DNA of 64,000 nt from Hydrogenovibrio sp. (GCA_049975065.1 JBNGDN010000001.1); one strand, 5' to 3'. Counted from the stretch's first letter, positions 1 to 10,841 are shown. Numbers and translations are program-made. The notes: a model not told the origin generated them from the letters alone.

Positions 1-2
1 AC

Positions 3-638
3 GGTACAGATTACGATTCGGTGCGACTGACCATGGGCTGGAGCTACGATACCAAAAACGCTTTTTATTTTCCGACGCGCGGTCAACGTACCAGTTTGAG
101 TGGTGAAGTGGCGATTCCGACCAACTCAACGATTTCGTTCTACAAGTTGTATGCGAATGAAACCTTTTATGTGCCAATTACCGATATTTTTACGTTCCGC
201 CTAAAAGGGGATCTGGCGTATGCCGGTGGAATGGACGGTTCCCCAGTGCCGTTTTTTGAAAATTTTTATGCCGGTGGTATTGGAACGGTGCGCGGGTATG
301 AGCCGAATTCACTTGGGCCGCGCTATAACCAGGCAACGGATGGTTCCGATGACCCGACCGGTGCGCCCATTCGAATCATCACCAACGCCGAGCTCATTTT
401 CCCGATGCCGTTTATTGAGGATTCCACTAACCTGCGTTTGAGTGTGTTTGCCGATGCCGGCAATGTGTTTACCGATTGGGAAGCGGTGGATTTGCCGGAA
501 TTTCGCTCATCCCTCGGCATGGGGGTGTCTTGGATAACCCCAGTCGGACCTTTGGCCTTCAGCTTCGCGAAGGCGTTAAACGCTTCCAAAGACGACAAAA
601 CTCAAGTGTTTCAGTTTAACCTAGGGATGCCGATGTAA
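3..638 (+). CDS. bamA: Outer-membrane protein assembly factor BamA, C-terminal part (5' end upstream of window)
   Basis: Frame is open to the window edge. The C-terminus is beta-barrel-like (ends FQFNLGMPM). It lies directly upstream of skp-lpxD-fabZ-lpxA-lpxB-rnhB, the canonical bamA context. Confidence 0.85.
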   Translation, partial: GTDYDSVRLTMGWSYDTKNAFYFPTRGQRTSLSGEVAIPTNSTISFYKLYANETFYVPITDIFTFRLKGDLAYAGGMDGSPVPFFENFYAGGIGTVRGYEPNSLGPRYNQATDGSDDPTGAPIRIITNAELIFPMPFIEDSTNLRLSVFADAGNVFTDWEAVDLPEFRSSLGMGVSWITPVGPLAFSFAKALNASKDDKTQVFQFNLGMPM

Positions 639-733
639 AGGCGATGTCTGGGGTATTTGGCGTAAATAGGATTAAAAACCCGAATTAAATCGGATACAAT
701 ATTTCAAATAGTTTGTGTGGTAAGGAATTTTAT

Positions 734-1267
734 ATGCGGAACTGGTTCGCGATCATTGTCGGAAGTCTGTGCATTTTGTTATCGAGTCAGGTTCTGGCCG
801 AATCGGCCAAGCTGGGTGTGGTGAATGTCGCCTTGTTGTTAGAAAAAGCCCCCCAAGCACAAGCTGCGGGTAAAAATCTTGAAAAAGAGTTTGGGCCTCA
901 GCAGTCGGAGTTGAAGCAACTGGCCAAACAGCTGGAGCAAAAGCAGCAGGCGTTCCAAAAAAATCAATTGGTGATGTCGGATACCCAAAAGCTCACGGCG
1001 GAGCGTGAAATCAGCATGATGTCACGTGATATTCAGCGTAAACGCAATGATATTCAGGAACTGGTTAATATTCGACGCAACGAAGAACTGGCTTCCTTGC
1101 AAAATCTTGTGAATAAAGCCATTCGTGAAATCGGTAAGCAGGAAAAATATGACTTGATTTTATACGAAGGCATTGCCTACACCAATGACCGGTTGGATAT
1201 TACCCAAACGGTTCTAGAATACTTGCAAAAAGAATTCCAGAAAAAGCGAAAAAATTTCAACCAGTAA
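734..1267 (+). CDS. skp: Periplasmic chaperone Skp (OmpH family)
   Basis: Signal peptide (MRNWFAIIVGSLCILLSSQVLA) followed by a Lys/Gln/Glu-rich coiled-coil. Position is between bamA and lpxD. ATG at 734 is preceded by AAGGA; the track ORF starts at 713. Confidence 0.8.
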   Translation: MRNWFAIIVGSLCILLSSQVLAESAKLGVVNVALLLEKAPQAQAAGKNLEKEFGPQQSELKQLAKQLEQKQQAFQKNQLVMSDTQKLTAEREISMMSRDIQRKRNDIQELVNIRRNEELASLQNLVNKAIREIGKQEKYDLILYEGIAYTNDRLDITQTVLEYLQKEFQKKRKNFNQ

Positions 1268-1284
1268 TTTTTCAGAGCAGTCGA

Positions 1285-2328
1285 TTGAAACTTCAAGCTA
1301 TTTTAGAACATCTGGGAGCCAAGGGGCTTCAGGTTGAGTTTCTGGGAGATTCCAGCGTTCCGATTGTACAGGTTTCGAGCCTGACTGAAGCGGGTTCCCA
1401 GCACATCAGTTTTTTCTCTGACCGTAAACGACAGGCTGAACTTGCTGACTGTCAAGCCGGTGCGGTGATTCTGAAACCGGAAGACGCCGAGCTCACCCAA
1501 ACCAATCGACTTTTGGTCGATAATCCTTACTATGCCTATGCCTTGACGGCGCAGTTTTTAAACCGATTGCACTATACCCCCGCTGTTCATGAAACCGCCG
1601 TTATTGATCCTTCCGTTCAGTTGGGTGATGGCATCTATGTCGGAGCTCAGGCTGTTATTGGTGGTGATGTCAAAGTGGGTAAGGATTGTTACATCGGTGC
1701 CGGCTCGGTCATCGAAGAAGGCGTTGAAATCGGTGACGGTGCTTATATTGCCCCGAATGTGACTTTGATGAAAAACACCCTGCTCGGCCGAGAAGTTCGC
1801 TTGGAGTCAGGTTGCGTTATTGGCGGTGAAGGATTTGGGTTTGCGAACCATGAGGGCGAGTGGCACCATATTCCTCAGATAGGTCGTGTTGTGGTGGGTG
1901 ATCGTGTTTATGTCGGCAATAACACCACGATTAATCGCGGCACAATCGGGGATACGGTGATTGAATCCAATTGTATTATTGATTGTCTGGTGCAGATTGG
2001 GCATAACGTGCGGGTGGGTTACGGAACCGTTGTGGTCAGTCAGGTCGGGATTGCAGGCAGTACTCAGATAGGGCAGTATTGCGTTTTAGCGGGTCAGACC
2101 GGGGTGGCTGGGCATATTGAAATCGCGGATCATTGTCATTTTGCGGCGAAATCCGGCATCACTGGTCACGTCAAGGAAGCTGGACATTATTCTGGCTTTC
2201 CGGTCGTGCCAAGCGCTGACTGGCAAAAAACCACCGTGCGCATTAAAAGTTTGAATAAGATGGCTCAAAAGGTCAAGCAGATAGAAAAGCAGTTAGAAGA
2301 AATAAAATCACAATTGGAAAATAATTAA
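1285..2328 (+). CDS. lpxD: UDP-3-O-acylglucosamine N-acyltransferase
   Basis: 347 aa with left-handed beta-helix hexapeptide repeats. Lies in skp-lpxD-fabZ-lpxA order. TTG start. Confidence 0.93.
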   Translation: MKLQAILEHLGAKGLQVEFLGDSSVPIVQVSSLTEAGSQHISFFSDRKRQAELADCQAGAVILKPEDAELTQTNRLLVDNPYYAYALTAQFLNRLHYTPAVHETAVIDPSVQLGDGIYVGAQAVIGGDVKVGKDCYIGAGSVIEEGVEIGDGAYIAPNVTLMKNTLLGREVRLESGCVIGGEGFGFANHEGEWHHIPQIGRVVVGDRVYVGNNTTINRGTIGDTVIESNCIIDCLVQIGHNVRVGYGTVVVSQVGIAGSTQIGQYCVLAGQTGVAGHIEIADHCHFAAKSGITGHVKEAGHYSGFPVVPSADWQKTTVRIKSLNKMAQKVKQIEKQLEEIKSQLENN

Positions 2329-2329
2329 G

Positions 2330-2770
2330 ATGCAAATTGATATTAAAGAAATTTTTGAGTATCTGCCACACAGGTATCCTTTTTTGCTCGTCGATCGCGT
2401 AACCGAATTCCATGCCGGGGAGTCGCTAAAAGCTTATAAAAATGTCACCTATAATGAACCGCAGTTTACAGGGCATTTTCCGGATAACCCTATTATGCCA
2501 GGCGTGATGATTATTGAAGCCATGGCACAGTGTACCGGGGTTCTGGCGTTTAAAACGCAAGAGGTGAAGCCGGATGGTACGTCGATGTATTATTTGGCGG
2601 CGGTGGATAATTGCCGCTTCCGCAAGCCAGCGGTTCCTGGTGATCGCTTGGACTTTGAAGTGAAAGCGCTCAATAATAAAAAGGGTATCTGGAAATTTGA
2701 ATGCACCACCAGTGTGGATGGCAAATTAATTGCCTCATGCGATATGATGTGTGCGGAACGCAGCGTTTAA
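2330..2770 (+). CDS. fabZ: 3-hydroxyacyl-ACP dehydratase FabZ
   Basis: 146 aa with the hot-dog fold signature ...[13 protein letters not shown]...GHFP..PIMPGV. Confidence 0.95.
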   Translation: MQIDIKEIFEYLPHRYPFLLVDRVTEFHAGESLKAYKNVTYNEPQFTGHFPDNPIMPGVMIIEAMAQCTGVLAFKTQEVKPDGTSMYYLAAVDNCRFRKPAVPGDRLDFEVKALNNKKGIWKFECTTSVDGKLIASCDMMCAERSV

Positions 2771-2791
2771 TGACTAACTGAAGGAAATTGC

Positions 2792-3562
2792 GTGATACAT
2801 TCAACCGCCATAATAGATCCTCAGGCTCAGATCGATGCGGATGTTGAAATAGGTGCTTATTCGATTATCGAAGGGGCGGTGACGATTGGCTCCGGCTGTG
2901 TGGTCGGGCCGCATGTGGTGATTTCTGGCCCGACGACCATTGGTCGCAACAATCGGTTTTTTCAGTTTGGCTCCATCGGTGCCGAGCCGCAGGATAAAAA
3001 GTATGCCGGCGAGCCGACCACCCTCGTAATTGGCGATAACAATACGTTTAGAGAAAATGTCACCTTAAATCGTGGCACGGTTCAGGATCGCGGCGAGACG
3101 CGAATTGGCAACGATAATTGGATCATGGCGGGGGTGCACATTGCCCACGATTGTGTGGTCGGAAACCACGTTATTTTTGCCAATGCTTCGGCGCTGGCCG
3201 GTCATGTGGTGGTGAACGATTGGGCGATTTTAGGCGGTTATACTCTTGTCCACCAGTTCTGTAATATTGGCGCACATTCTTTCTGCGGTATGGGCAGTGT
3301 CATCAATCAGGATGTGCCGGATTTTGTCACTGTATCAGGCAATCTGGCCGGCCCGCGCGGATTGAATCTGGAAGGTTTGAAACGCCGTGGATTTGATCGT
3401 GACCAAATTAATCTTGTCAAGAAGGCGTATCGTGCCTTGTACCGCACAGGGTATCGTTTGGAAGAAGCCATTCACGAAATTGATGCCATAAACGATGAGC
3501 GCGATACGCTGGGTCATCTTCTTGCGTTTTTAAAACAATCTTCCCGTGGCATTGTCCGTTAA
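2792..3562 (+). CDS. lpxA: Acyl-ACP--UDP-N-acetylglucosamine O-acyltransferase
   Basis: 256 aa with hexapeptide repeats. N-terminus MIHSTAIIDPQAQI is typical of LpxA. Synteny supports the call. Confidence 0.95.
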   Translation: MIHSTAIIDPQAQIDADVEIGAYSIIEGAVTIGSGCVVGPHVVISGPTTIGRNNRFFQFGSIGAEPQDKKYAGEPTTLVIGDNNTFRENVTLNRGTVQDRGETRIGNDNWIMAGVHIAHDCVVGNHVIFANASALAGHVVVNDWAILGGYTLVHQFCNIGAHSFCGMGSVINQDVPDFVTVSGNLAGPRGLNLEGLKRRGFDRDQINLVKKAYRALYRTGYRLEEAIHEIDAINDERDTLGHLLAFLKQSSRGIVR

Positions 3563-4760
3563 TGCTCAAGAGGCCTCACAGCGAGGCCAACCTCCCTCAC
3601 CTGTTTTTGCACTGGTCGCCGGTGAAGCCTCTGGTGACACGCTTGGCGCTGAGCTGATAATCTCTTTGAAACAGCGGTTTCCGCAGGCTTGTTTTGTGGG
3701 GATTGGTGGGCCTAAAATGCTGGCTGAAGGCATGGAAAGCTGGTATCCGATGGAGCGGTTGTCGGTAATGGGGTTTTTTGAAGTCCTTAAAGTTTTACCA
3801 GGCCTGGTCAAATTGCGTCATCGGCTGATTCAAGGGTTGCGGGCGTTACAGCCGGATGTGTTTATTGGTATTGATGCGCCGGATTTTAACTTTCGTGTCG
3901 AGGCTGAACTCAAAGCAGCTGGGGTGCCGACGGTTCATTATGTCGGCCCTTCGGTTTGGGCCTGGCGCGAAAAACGGTTGCTCAAAATCAAACACTGTGT
4001 GGACGGCGTGTTGGTGCTCTTTCCGTTTGAGTTACCCTTTTATGAGAAATATGGCATTCCAGCTCGTTTTGTCGGTCATCCTTTAGCCAATCAGGTGCCT
4101 GAGGTGCCCAATGCTGAACGGGCGAGAAGGGCGCTTGGGGTGCCGTTGGATGTTCCAGTGACGGGGCTTCTGCCCGGTTCGCGTCGCAGTGAAATTGATT
4201 CCATGATCGATGTTTATGTCCAGGCAGCGGCGTTTCTCGCCGACGTCTATCCAAGTATGTGGTTTTTGGTGCCGTGTGTGAACGCCGCCGCAAAACAACG
4301 TGTGGCGCAGTCATTTTCCCAGTATGGTCGCGACTTGAACGTTCTTTTGTTGGATCAGCAGGCTCAGCGGGTGATGGAGGCCGCGGATCAACTGATTGTG
4401 ACGTCCGGCACCGCCACTTTGGAAGCCGCCTTGATGAAGCGCCCCATGGTTCTGGCGATTAAGTTGCACCCCATCACCCACTGGATTATGCGTCGTCTAG
4501 CGACAACTCAGTGGGTTGGCTTGCCGAATGTGCTGGCGCAAAAATCCATTGTGCCGGAATACATTCAACAGGCGGCAACCCCTAAGCAAATTGCGTTAGG
4601 CCTGGGGAAACTCATTTCCGACCCTGCTTTGCGCCAAGCGCAACTGACCGAATTTGACGCTCAATATCACTTGCTCAAGCAAGCGGCTTCTGAGCGCGCG
4701 GCGGAGGCGGTAGTGGAGTGGAGTGGATTGAATGAGTGGGTGTATGACCAAACTACCTGA
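3546..4760 (+). CDS. lpxB: Lipid-A-disaccharide synthase
   Basis: Contains the LVAGEASGD motif near the N-terminus. Overlaps the lpxA stop. GTG start is assumed. Confidence 0.92.
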   Translation: MALSVNAQEASQRGQPPSPVFALVAGEASGDTLGAELIISLKQRFPQACFVGIGGPKMLAEGMESWYPMERLSVMGFFEVLKVLPGLVKLRHRLIQGLRALQPDVFIGIDAPDFNFRVEAELKAAGVPTVHYVGPSVWAWREKRLLKIKHCVDGVLVLFPFELPFYEKYGIPARFVGHPLANQVPEVPNAERARRALGVPLDVPVTGLLPGSRRSEIDSMIDVYVQAAAFLADVYPSMWFLVPCVNAAAKQRVAQSFSQYGRDLNVLLLDQQAQRVMEAADQLIVTSGTATLEAALMKRPMVLAIKLHPITHWIMRRLATTQWVGLPNVLAQKSIVPEYIQQAATPKQIALGLGKLISDPALRQAQLTEFDAQYHLLKQAASERAAEAVVEWSGLNEWVYDQTT

Positions 4761-5376
4761 GCAATTAACCTTGTTTGAATTGGCTTCGTGCAAAACTTCC
4801 GGCTATGTTGTTGGGGTCGATGAAGTGGGGCGGGGGCCTTTGGTCGGGGATGTGGTTGCGGCGGCGGTCATTTTGCCGGAGTCGTGCGAGCTGAACCTGA
4901 AAGATTCTAAAAAATTAACGCCATCGCAACGCACAAGGCTGGCGGATGCCATTCAAGCGCAGGCGCTGGCATTTTGCATTGCCAGTGCGACACCGGAGGA
5001 AATTGATCGGCTGAATATTTTGCAGGCGACCCTCGTGGCGATGCAGCGTGCGGTCAGCGGCTTGCATTTGCCGATTGCACAGGTGTTGGTCGACGGTAAC
5101 CATTGTCCATCGCTCGAATACCCTTGTGAAGCGATTGTAAAAGGGGATGGCAAGGTTCCTCAGATCAGTGCGGCCTCAATTCTGGCGAAGGTGCATCGTG
5201 ACCGACAGATGCTGGCGTTGCATGAGCGTTACCCGGATTATGGCTTTCAGCAGCACAAAGGGTACCCGACTCGACAGCACCTGGAAAAGATCGCCCAATT
5301 GGGTGTGATTCCTGGATACCGCCACTCTTTTAAACCGGTTCAAAAGGTTTTGAAGGCCTGGTCTGCACGAGCTTGA
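4732..5376 (+). CDS. rnhB: Ribonuclease HII
   Basis: Motif [21 protein letters not shown]; last gene of the lpx cluster as in E. coli. Confidence 0.93.
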   Translation: MSGCMTKLPEQLTLFELASCKTSGYVVGVDEVGRGPLVGDVVAAAVILPESCELNLKDSKKLTPSQRTRLADAIQAQALAFCIASATPEEIDRLNILQATLVAMQRAVSGLHLPIAQVLVDGNHCPSLEYPCEAIVKGDGKVPQISAASILAKVHRDRQMLALHERYPDYGFQQHKGYPTRQHLEKIAQLGVIPGYRHSFKPVQKVLKAWSARA

Positions 5377-5460
5377 GTCGGTTTTGGATGCGCGTGCCTT
5401 TCCGATGAAAGGGTGATCGTCCAGGGGCTTCCTTGAGCCATTTTTCTTGAACCATTTTTC

Positions 5461-5492
5461 CGGTTGCCCCAAATTGGTGAAACATTCGGGTT
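5461..5492 (+). repeat. Solo right-arm-like remnant of the 169-bp repeat family
   Basis: cggttgccccaaattggtgaaacattcgggtt resembles the right terminal arm tcggtgcaaatttgtgaaatattcgggtt of the elements at 15694 and 41664. No left arm was found nearby. Confidence 0.4.
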
Positions 5493-5693
5493 GAGAAAAG
5501 GGTTCAATTGCTATAAAGTTTGGGAGTGAATGGGGGATGCTGTTTGGGTTTGCCGTTTGGATTTACCCTTTAGGCGCGGCCATCGTAGCGATGCGTTTCC
5601 CGAGTCACGCTGTTACTTGAGTGAAAAACGGATTTTTTTATTATTCTGAGACTGCCTGTGTGCAAAAGTCTCCTTGAAACATTGGGATAGGCC

Positions 5694-6671
5694 ATGACAA
5701 CAACACTGGAACAGGTCGAAAAAACGGCACAGCTGAGCAAAAATAATCAAATGAGTTTGATGATTTTTCAGGTTCAATTTCCACGTGAAGATTACACGCC
5801 ACCCTATTACGGCATGAATGTATTTAAAGTCCGAGAAGTCCTAGAGGGTCGCGCTTATGATTTGTCGGAGATGCCGGATACCAATCCGTTGATTGAGGGC
5901 ATGATTGAGTTGCGCGGTGTCTATTTACCCGTCATTGATTTGCCCAAGTGGATGGGGTTTGAAATGACGGATGAGGAGCGTGAAAAGTCGATTATTATCG
6001 TTTCCGATTTCAGTCACAATTTCATTGGAATGCGTGTGGCGCACATTCACGGTGTGGAAGAAAAGGACTGGGCGGACATTAAGCCAGCCAGCAACTACAA
6101 TGTGGATGTGAACACCAATCAAGTCGTGAATCATACCTACTTGGATGGCACCGACACCCTGTGTTTTATTCTGGATATTGAGAAACTGCTGATCGAAGCC
6201 ATGCCGACCATGGCTGAAAAAATCTTCTCCTCCGCCAAAGATGTCGGTTCTCAAACCTACGATTTTTGCGACAAAGTGGCTCAGGGGGAAATCTTGTTTG
6301 CGGAAGACAGCAAGTCGATTCAGAAGTACATGGGCATGGTGTTTGATCAGTTGGGCTTAAAGCATCGTGGCTTTGATAACGGTCGCCTGTTGTTGGATCA
6401 TGTGGCCAGCTTGGAGGATTTAAGCGGTGTGTCCATTATTTTTACCGATCTGGAAATGCCGATGGCCTCCGGGCATACGGTCATTAAGGAGTTGCGCAGT
6501 CAGTTAAAAAGTCGAAACATACCGATTGTGGTGCATACCTCCATGACCAGTGATAATAACAGTCGAGAAGTGCTGGAGATGGGCGCGGACTTTTTTGTCG
6601 GTAAAGTGGACACTGGCTTGATCGTGGACACCATTAAAAAGGTGGAAGCGAAATACTACACTGCCCCGTAA
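5694..6671 (+). CDS. cheV: Chemotaxis protein CheV (CheW-like domain fused to receiver domain)
   Basis: N-terminal CheW-like domain (...FQVQF...YGMNVFKVREV...) and C-terminal REC domain (ILFAEDS...IIFTDLEMPMASG...). Confidence 0.85.
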   Translation: MTTTLEQVEKTAQLSKNNQMSLMIFQVQFPREDYTPPYYGMNVFKVREVLEGRAYDLSEMPDTNPLIEGMIELRGVYLPVIDLPKWMGFEMTDEEREKSIIIVSDFSHNFIGMRVAHIHGVEEKDWADIKPASNYNVDVNTNQVVNHTYLDGTDTLCFILDIEKLLIEAMPTMAEKIFSSAKDVGSQTYDFCDKVAQGEILFAEDSKSIQKYMGMVFDQLGLKHRGFDNGRLLLDHVASLEDLSGVSIIFTDLEMPMASGHTVIKELRSQLKSRNIPIVVHTSMTSDNNSREVLEMGADFFVGKVDTGLIVDTIKKVEAKYYTAP

Positions 6672-6769
6672 AACGCCAGAAGCCCAAGCGGCAACGAAGT
6701 GCGTCAATGAAGTTGTTTTTCTTGAAGGGCATGAAGGGTTTAGGCGATTCGGAATTGACAAGCGGACAC

Positions 6770-6799
6770 AAAAAAAGGCACTGATCAGGTGCCTTTTTT
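6770..6799. terminator. Bidirectional rho-independent terminator between cheV and rpmJ
   Basis: aaaaaaggcac-tgatcag-gtgcctttttt: a GC stem flanked by an A-run and a T-run, so it is functional on either strand. Lies between convergent genes. Confidence 0.75.
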
Positions 6800-6819
6800 A
6801 ATGGAATCTCTCAGTGAGA

Positions 6820-6945
6820 TTAACGCTGACGTGCTTTGAATCTTGGGTTGGTTTTGTTGATTACATAAACCTTACCGCGACGTCTAACGATTTGGCAGTC
6901 TTTGTGACGTGCCTTAGCTGATTTTAGAGAAGATAAAATTTTCAT
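6820..6945 (-). CDS. rpmJ: 50S ribosomal protein L36, cysteine-poor (type B / YkgO-like) form
   Basis: My own translation of an ORF absent from the track (41 aa): [41 protein letters not shown]. It matches the YkgO-type L36 pattern (..RH.DCQIV.R.G..YVI.K.NPRFKA.Q). Confidence 0.9.
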   Translation of the reverse strand: MKILSSLKSAKARHKDCQIVRRRGKVYVINKTNPRFKARQR

Positions 6946-7120
6946 TTTAGATATCCAGTTGTGTTAATTGGTTTGACTCTTTGGTACCCGCGTATCGAGT
7001 GCAGCCGAGTGAAACCGAGTTTCAAATTTGAAAGGACGTATTCTACGCATTAACGAATGCTCTGTCTAGTTTTTTGTTAAAATGCTTTCTTTTTCGTGAT
7101 AGGTTCCGGGCAGGGTTGAG

Positions 7121-9040
7121 GTGTCATTAAAATCCCAAATTGAAGCATATCTTGGTGCCGATGGCGTGATTGCCCAAGCGGTTGATGGCTATCAAATGCG
7201 GCAGGCGCAGATGGATATGGCGGAAACGATTGCCGATATCATCGAATCTGAAGGCTGTTTGCTGGCCGAGGCGGGTACGGGGACTGGTAAAACGTTTTCC
7301 TACCTGGTGCCGGCATTGTTGTCGGGTCAGAAAGTCATTGTGTCCACCGCCACCAAAACCCTTCAAGACCAGCTGTTGCGTAAAGACATTCCATTATTGA
7401 TGGACTTATGCCGTGTCGCCGGCACCGTGAAGGTGTTGAAAGGGCGGGAAAATTATCTTTGCCCGCAACGGCTTGAAATAGCGGAAACGGCTGAACAAAA
7501 CACTCAGTCGGTGTGGCAGAAGTTGAATCGGATTCATGACTGGCAACTCAAAACCCGATCGGGCGATAAAGCCGAATTAACGAATCTGGATGATAATGAC
7601 CCTCTCTGGTCTAAAGTCTGTGCTCGCCTGGAATTTTGTCAGGCAAATGATTGCATGGGGGGAGAGACCGATTGCTTTTATCCCAAAGTCAAACAGCAGG
7701 CTTTGGATGCACAGGTGTTGATTGTGAATCACCATCTGTTTTGTGCTGACTTGGCTTTGCGGGAGCAGGGGTTTGGTGAAGTCTTGCCGGAAGCTGATAT
7801 TTATATATTTGACGAAGCGCATCAGTTGCCGGACATAGCCGCACAGTTTTTAGGCTTTTCCATTAGTCGCTATCAGCTGGATGAGCTGGTGCGTGATTTG
7901 AAGTTGGCTTATCAGAAAGAAGCCCCTGAAGTGGTTGAGCTGGCCGATCAAACAAAAGCTTTAGAGCAGAAGATTACCCAGTTCCACGAGTCGCTCGGCA
8001 AGTGGGAAAAGCGCTGGACTTGGCAAGTCTTTGAGGACGCCAAGGCGCCAGTGAAAATGCTGGAGCAGTTGCGCAATCAGCTCGGCGTGTTAATCGATAC
8101 GCTCAAGCCGCTGACGGATAAAGGAAAGCTGTTGTCGGCCTTGTCTAAACGCAGTCAGGCGTTTGAAAAGCAGCTTCAGAGCTGGCTAACGGCCTCATCG
8201 GATAATCAGGTGCGCTGGGCAGAATCATCGCAGGCACGATTTAAATTGAACTTAACCCCCTTGAGTGTGGCGGCACCGTTCAGTCGGCAGCGAGAGGCTT
8301 TGGGCGGCGCTTGGATATTTACCTCGGCAACGCTCAGCGTGAATCATCGGTTTGACTATTTTGCCCATCGATTGGGATTGGATGACGCCGAAACGCGTCA
8401 ATGGGAGAGCCCGTTCGATTATGCGCGTCAAGCCGTGATTTATCATCCGCTGGGGTTGCCAGATCCAAAAGACCCAGATTACATCAAAATATGCCTGCGA
8501 GCGGCTTGGCCATTATTGCAGGAAAGTCGTGGGTGCGCTTTTTTGCTGTTCACCAGTCACCGAGCCTTGCAGGAAGCGAGAACCATTCTGGCCGAGCACT
8601 GGGATGGCACTTTGTTGGTTCAGGGGGATGGCCCCAAGAACACGTTGCTGCAACGCTTTAAAGACAATGATAGAGCCTTGTTACTCGGGACGAGCAGTTT
8701 TTGGGAAGGGGTGGATGTCAAAGGTGAAGCGTTGAAACTGGTGTTGATCGATCGCATTCCGTTTATTCCGCCGGATGATCCGGTGGTGCAGGCGCGTGAA
8801 GCGGCGCTCAAACAAAAAGGGTTAAGCGCTTTCTTTCATTTTCAAATCCCAGAAGCGACGATTGCTTTGAAGCAGGGAATTGGGCGCTTGATTCGCGATA
8901 CGTCCGATTATGGTGTGCTGATGTTGTGTGACCCACGGTTGACACAGAAATCCTATGGGGCGATTATCACCAACAGTTTTCCGAATTTTAACTGGGTCTT
9001 TTCCGTGGAAGAGGCCAAACAAAAACTGAGAGAGACCTGA
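7121..9040 (+). CDS. yoaA: DinG-family ATP-dependent DNA helicase (YoaA-like)
   Basis: Walker A AGTGTGKT, DEAH box (FDEAHQL), four-Cys Fe-S cluster region (CPQ...C..C....C). 639 aa, similar to E. coli YoaA (636 aa). Adjacent to tsaB (yeaZ) as in E. coli. Confidence 0.8.
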   Translation: MSLKSQIEAYLGADGVIAQAVDGYQMRQAQMDMAETIADIIESEGCLLAEAGTGTGKTFSYLVPALLSGQKVIVSTATKTLQDQLLRKDIPLLMDLCRVAGTVKVLKGRENYLCPQRLEIAETAEQNTQSVWQKLNRIHDWQLKTRSGDKAELTNLDDNDPLWSKVCARLEFCQANDCMGGETDCFYPKVKQQALDAQVLIVNHHLFCADLALREQGFGEVLPEADIYIFDEAHQLPDIAAQFLGFSISRYQLDELVRDLKLAYQKEAPEVVELADQTKALEQKITQFHESLGKWEKRWTWQVFEDAKAPVKMLEQLRNQLGVLIDTLKPLTDKGKLLSALSKRSQAFEKQLQSWLTASSDNQVRWAESSQARFKLNLTPLSVAAPFSRQREALGGAWIFTSATLSVNHRFDYFAHRLGLDDAETRQWESPFDYARQAVIYHPLGLPDPKDPDYIKICLRAAWPLLQESRGCAFLLFTSHRALQEARTILAEHWDGTLLVQGDGPKNTLLQRFKDNDRALLLGTSSFWEGVDVKGEALKLVLIDRIPFIPPDDPVVQAREAALKQKGLSAFFHFQIPEATIALKQGIGRLIRDTSDYGVLMLCDPRLTQKSYGAIITNSFPNFNWVFSVEEAKQKLRET

Positions 9041-9044
9041 ACGC

Positions 9045-9755
9045 ATGACGGCCACCGCCAGTATTCTCGCGATTGAAACTTCTACCCAGGCCTGCTCAGC
9101 CTGTCTGATCCATCATGGCACGTCTTATTTAGAGTATGAGTTAGCGCCGCAGAAGCATGCGGATCGTATTTTAACCATGGTTGAAAAGGTGCTTCATCAG
9201 GCCGATGCCAGGCCTGGTGATATCCAGCTTCTGGCTTTTGGGGAGGGGCCGGGGGCGTTTACTGGCGTGCGAATTGCGACCGGCGTGATTCAAGGGTTGG
9301 CCTTTGGTTGGGATAAGCCAGTACTGGGCGTTTCAACCTTGGAAGCACTGGCTTGGCAAGGGTATCAAGCAACAGGTGCCTTGGATTGGCTGGCGTTTCT
9401 GGATGCGCGTATGCAGGAAATGTATTTACAGGCGTGTCGCATTGAGTCGGGACGCCTGGTTTCGCAAGCGCCGCAATTGATGTCTGCCGCGCAAGCGCAC
9501 CAGTGGATCGAAACCCAGACCGGTACGCCCAGTGGGGTGGGTGATATAGCGGTGGAGTTTCCAGTGACAGCGGCCAGGTTTTCAGCCTGGTACTCGGCGC
9601 GACCTTCTGCGCAGGCGATCGCGGAGGTCGCGCAACAGCGCTTATCCCAAGCGCATTCGGTGGATGATGTTTTGCCAATGCCGCTTTATTTGCGCAATCA
9701 GGTGGCGGAGAAACCTAAGCCTAAACCACCTTCCGCGTATAGCCGGAAAATTTAA
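9045..9755 (+). CDS. tsaB: tRNA t6A biosynthesis protein TsaB (YeaZ)
   Basis: N-terminus ILAIETSTQACSACL and GEGPGAFTGVRIA motif. Confidence 0.9.
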   Translation: MTATASILAIETSTQACSACLIHHGTSYLEYELAPQKHADRILTMVEKVLHQADARPGDIQLLAFGEGPGAFTGVRIATGVIQGLAFGWDKPVLGVSTLEALAWQGYQATGALDWLAFLDARMQEMYLQACRIESGRLVSQAPQLMSAAQAHQWIETQTGTPSGVGDIAVEFPVTAARFSAWYSARPSAQAIAEVAQQRLSQAHSVDDVLPMPLYLRNQVAEKPKPKPPSAYSRKI

Positions 9756-9914
9756 TGTCGGTTCTTCGGTTTTTCGACTCATCACCTTGCGCCAAGAACG
9801 GTCAAAAGCTTGGTTTCTTAACGGATCCCTTTGGGCGAATGGTAGAATGGCCTCTTGGTGGGGGCGATACGTTTGAAGAGATACGTTTGATGAGATACCT
9901 TTGGTGAGAAAAGT

Positions 9915-10781
9915 ATGGAGAAGGAAGTGAAAAAGCAATTGTCTGTCTGGTTGGGTCTGCTATGGCTTCTGTCCACTACTTGGGCAGTAGCCGATACGGT
10001 GTCGTCAAAGTTTAAAGTGGGCGAAACCATTCTGGTTGGGTTTCCGGCGAATAACATCAAGGGAGACGCATACATTATCGGTATTATTCGTAAAGTCACC
10101 CCAGAGGGCGATTATCAGATTTCGGTTCGCGACTTTGTCGAGGGGCATGATTATGGTTTGTCCTGTGTGCCGATTGCGGTAAACGAGAGGGGGCAAGAAA
10201 CGGGGCAGTCGGGCTGGGAAATCTGGGACAATACCAAACAGTTGACCAGTGAAGGCTTGGAGTATATTGTGCCACGCGATAAGGTGATGAAGCTGGACAA
10301 AGGTAAGCTGAATTTTATTGATCGGTACAATGTTTACATTACCTACTCACGCTGGAAGTCGAATGTGCCGGTGATGTCGATCGATCGGCTTGATAGCGCA
10401 GAAGCCGAAGCGGCTTATGCGGGGATTGAAGGGATTATTCCGGCGCTGGAAATCGCCAAGCTGGATCGTGCCAGTTATTACGACCCTGAAAACGGTCGCC
10501 CCTATTGGCCGCACGAGTCGGTGCCGCATCTCAATGTCTTGCTGGCGCAAGTGAGTGATTTGCTGAAGGAAGACCCAACGTTGAACCAACTTTGGCGGGC
10601 TCAGTCGCGGGATTGGCCAGCGATTGAATCCAATATGCGAACCTACTTTTTAGTCGATGCCATGGATAAAGTGGTTCGCGATGCTGAAGCCATTCTGTAC
10701 GAAGAGGACGTGAAAAAAGCCGATCCCGAAGCGCTGAAAACCTTAAAGGCTCAATTGAAGCACCTCGGGATGGCGGATTAG
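9915..10781 (+). CDS. Hypothetical exported protein
   Basis: 288-aa ORF with a plausible signal peptide (LSVWLGLLWLLSTTWAVA). I recognise no family. Confidence 0.55.
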   Translation: MEKEVKKQLSVWLGLLWLLSTTWAVADTVSSKFKVGETILVGFPANNIKGDAYIIGIIRKVTPEGDYQISVRDFVEGHDYGLSCVPIAVNERGQETGQSGWEIWDNTKQLTSEGLEYIVPRDKVMKLDKGKLNFIDRYNVYITYSRWKSNVPVMSIDRLDSAEAEAAYAGIEGIIPALEIAKLDRASYYDPENGRPYWPHESVPHLNVLLAQVSDLLKEDPTLNQLWRAQSRDWPAIESNMRTYFLVDAMDKVVRDAEAILYEEDVKKADPEALKTLKAQLKHLGMAD

Positions 10782-10841
10782 TGGGTTTGAATGATTTGTG
10801 GTTGTTCTGCGATGGCAGCAGTGGGATTGAGTGCGTTTGCG

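Noticed and set aside
6946-7120. Zur or LexA operator upstream of the C-minus L36 gene and the DinG-family helicase
   Set aside because: I found nothing resembling the gammaproteobacterial Zur box (GAAATGTTATAWTATAACATTTC-like) or a CTGT-N8-ACAG LexA box. Only the TTTCAAATTTGAAA palindrome is present, and it is reported separately at low interest.
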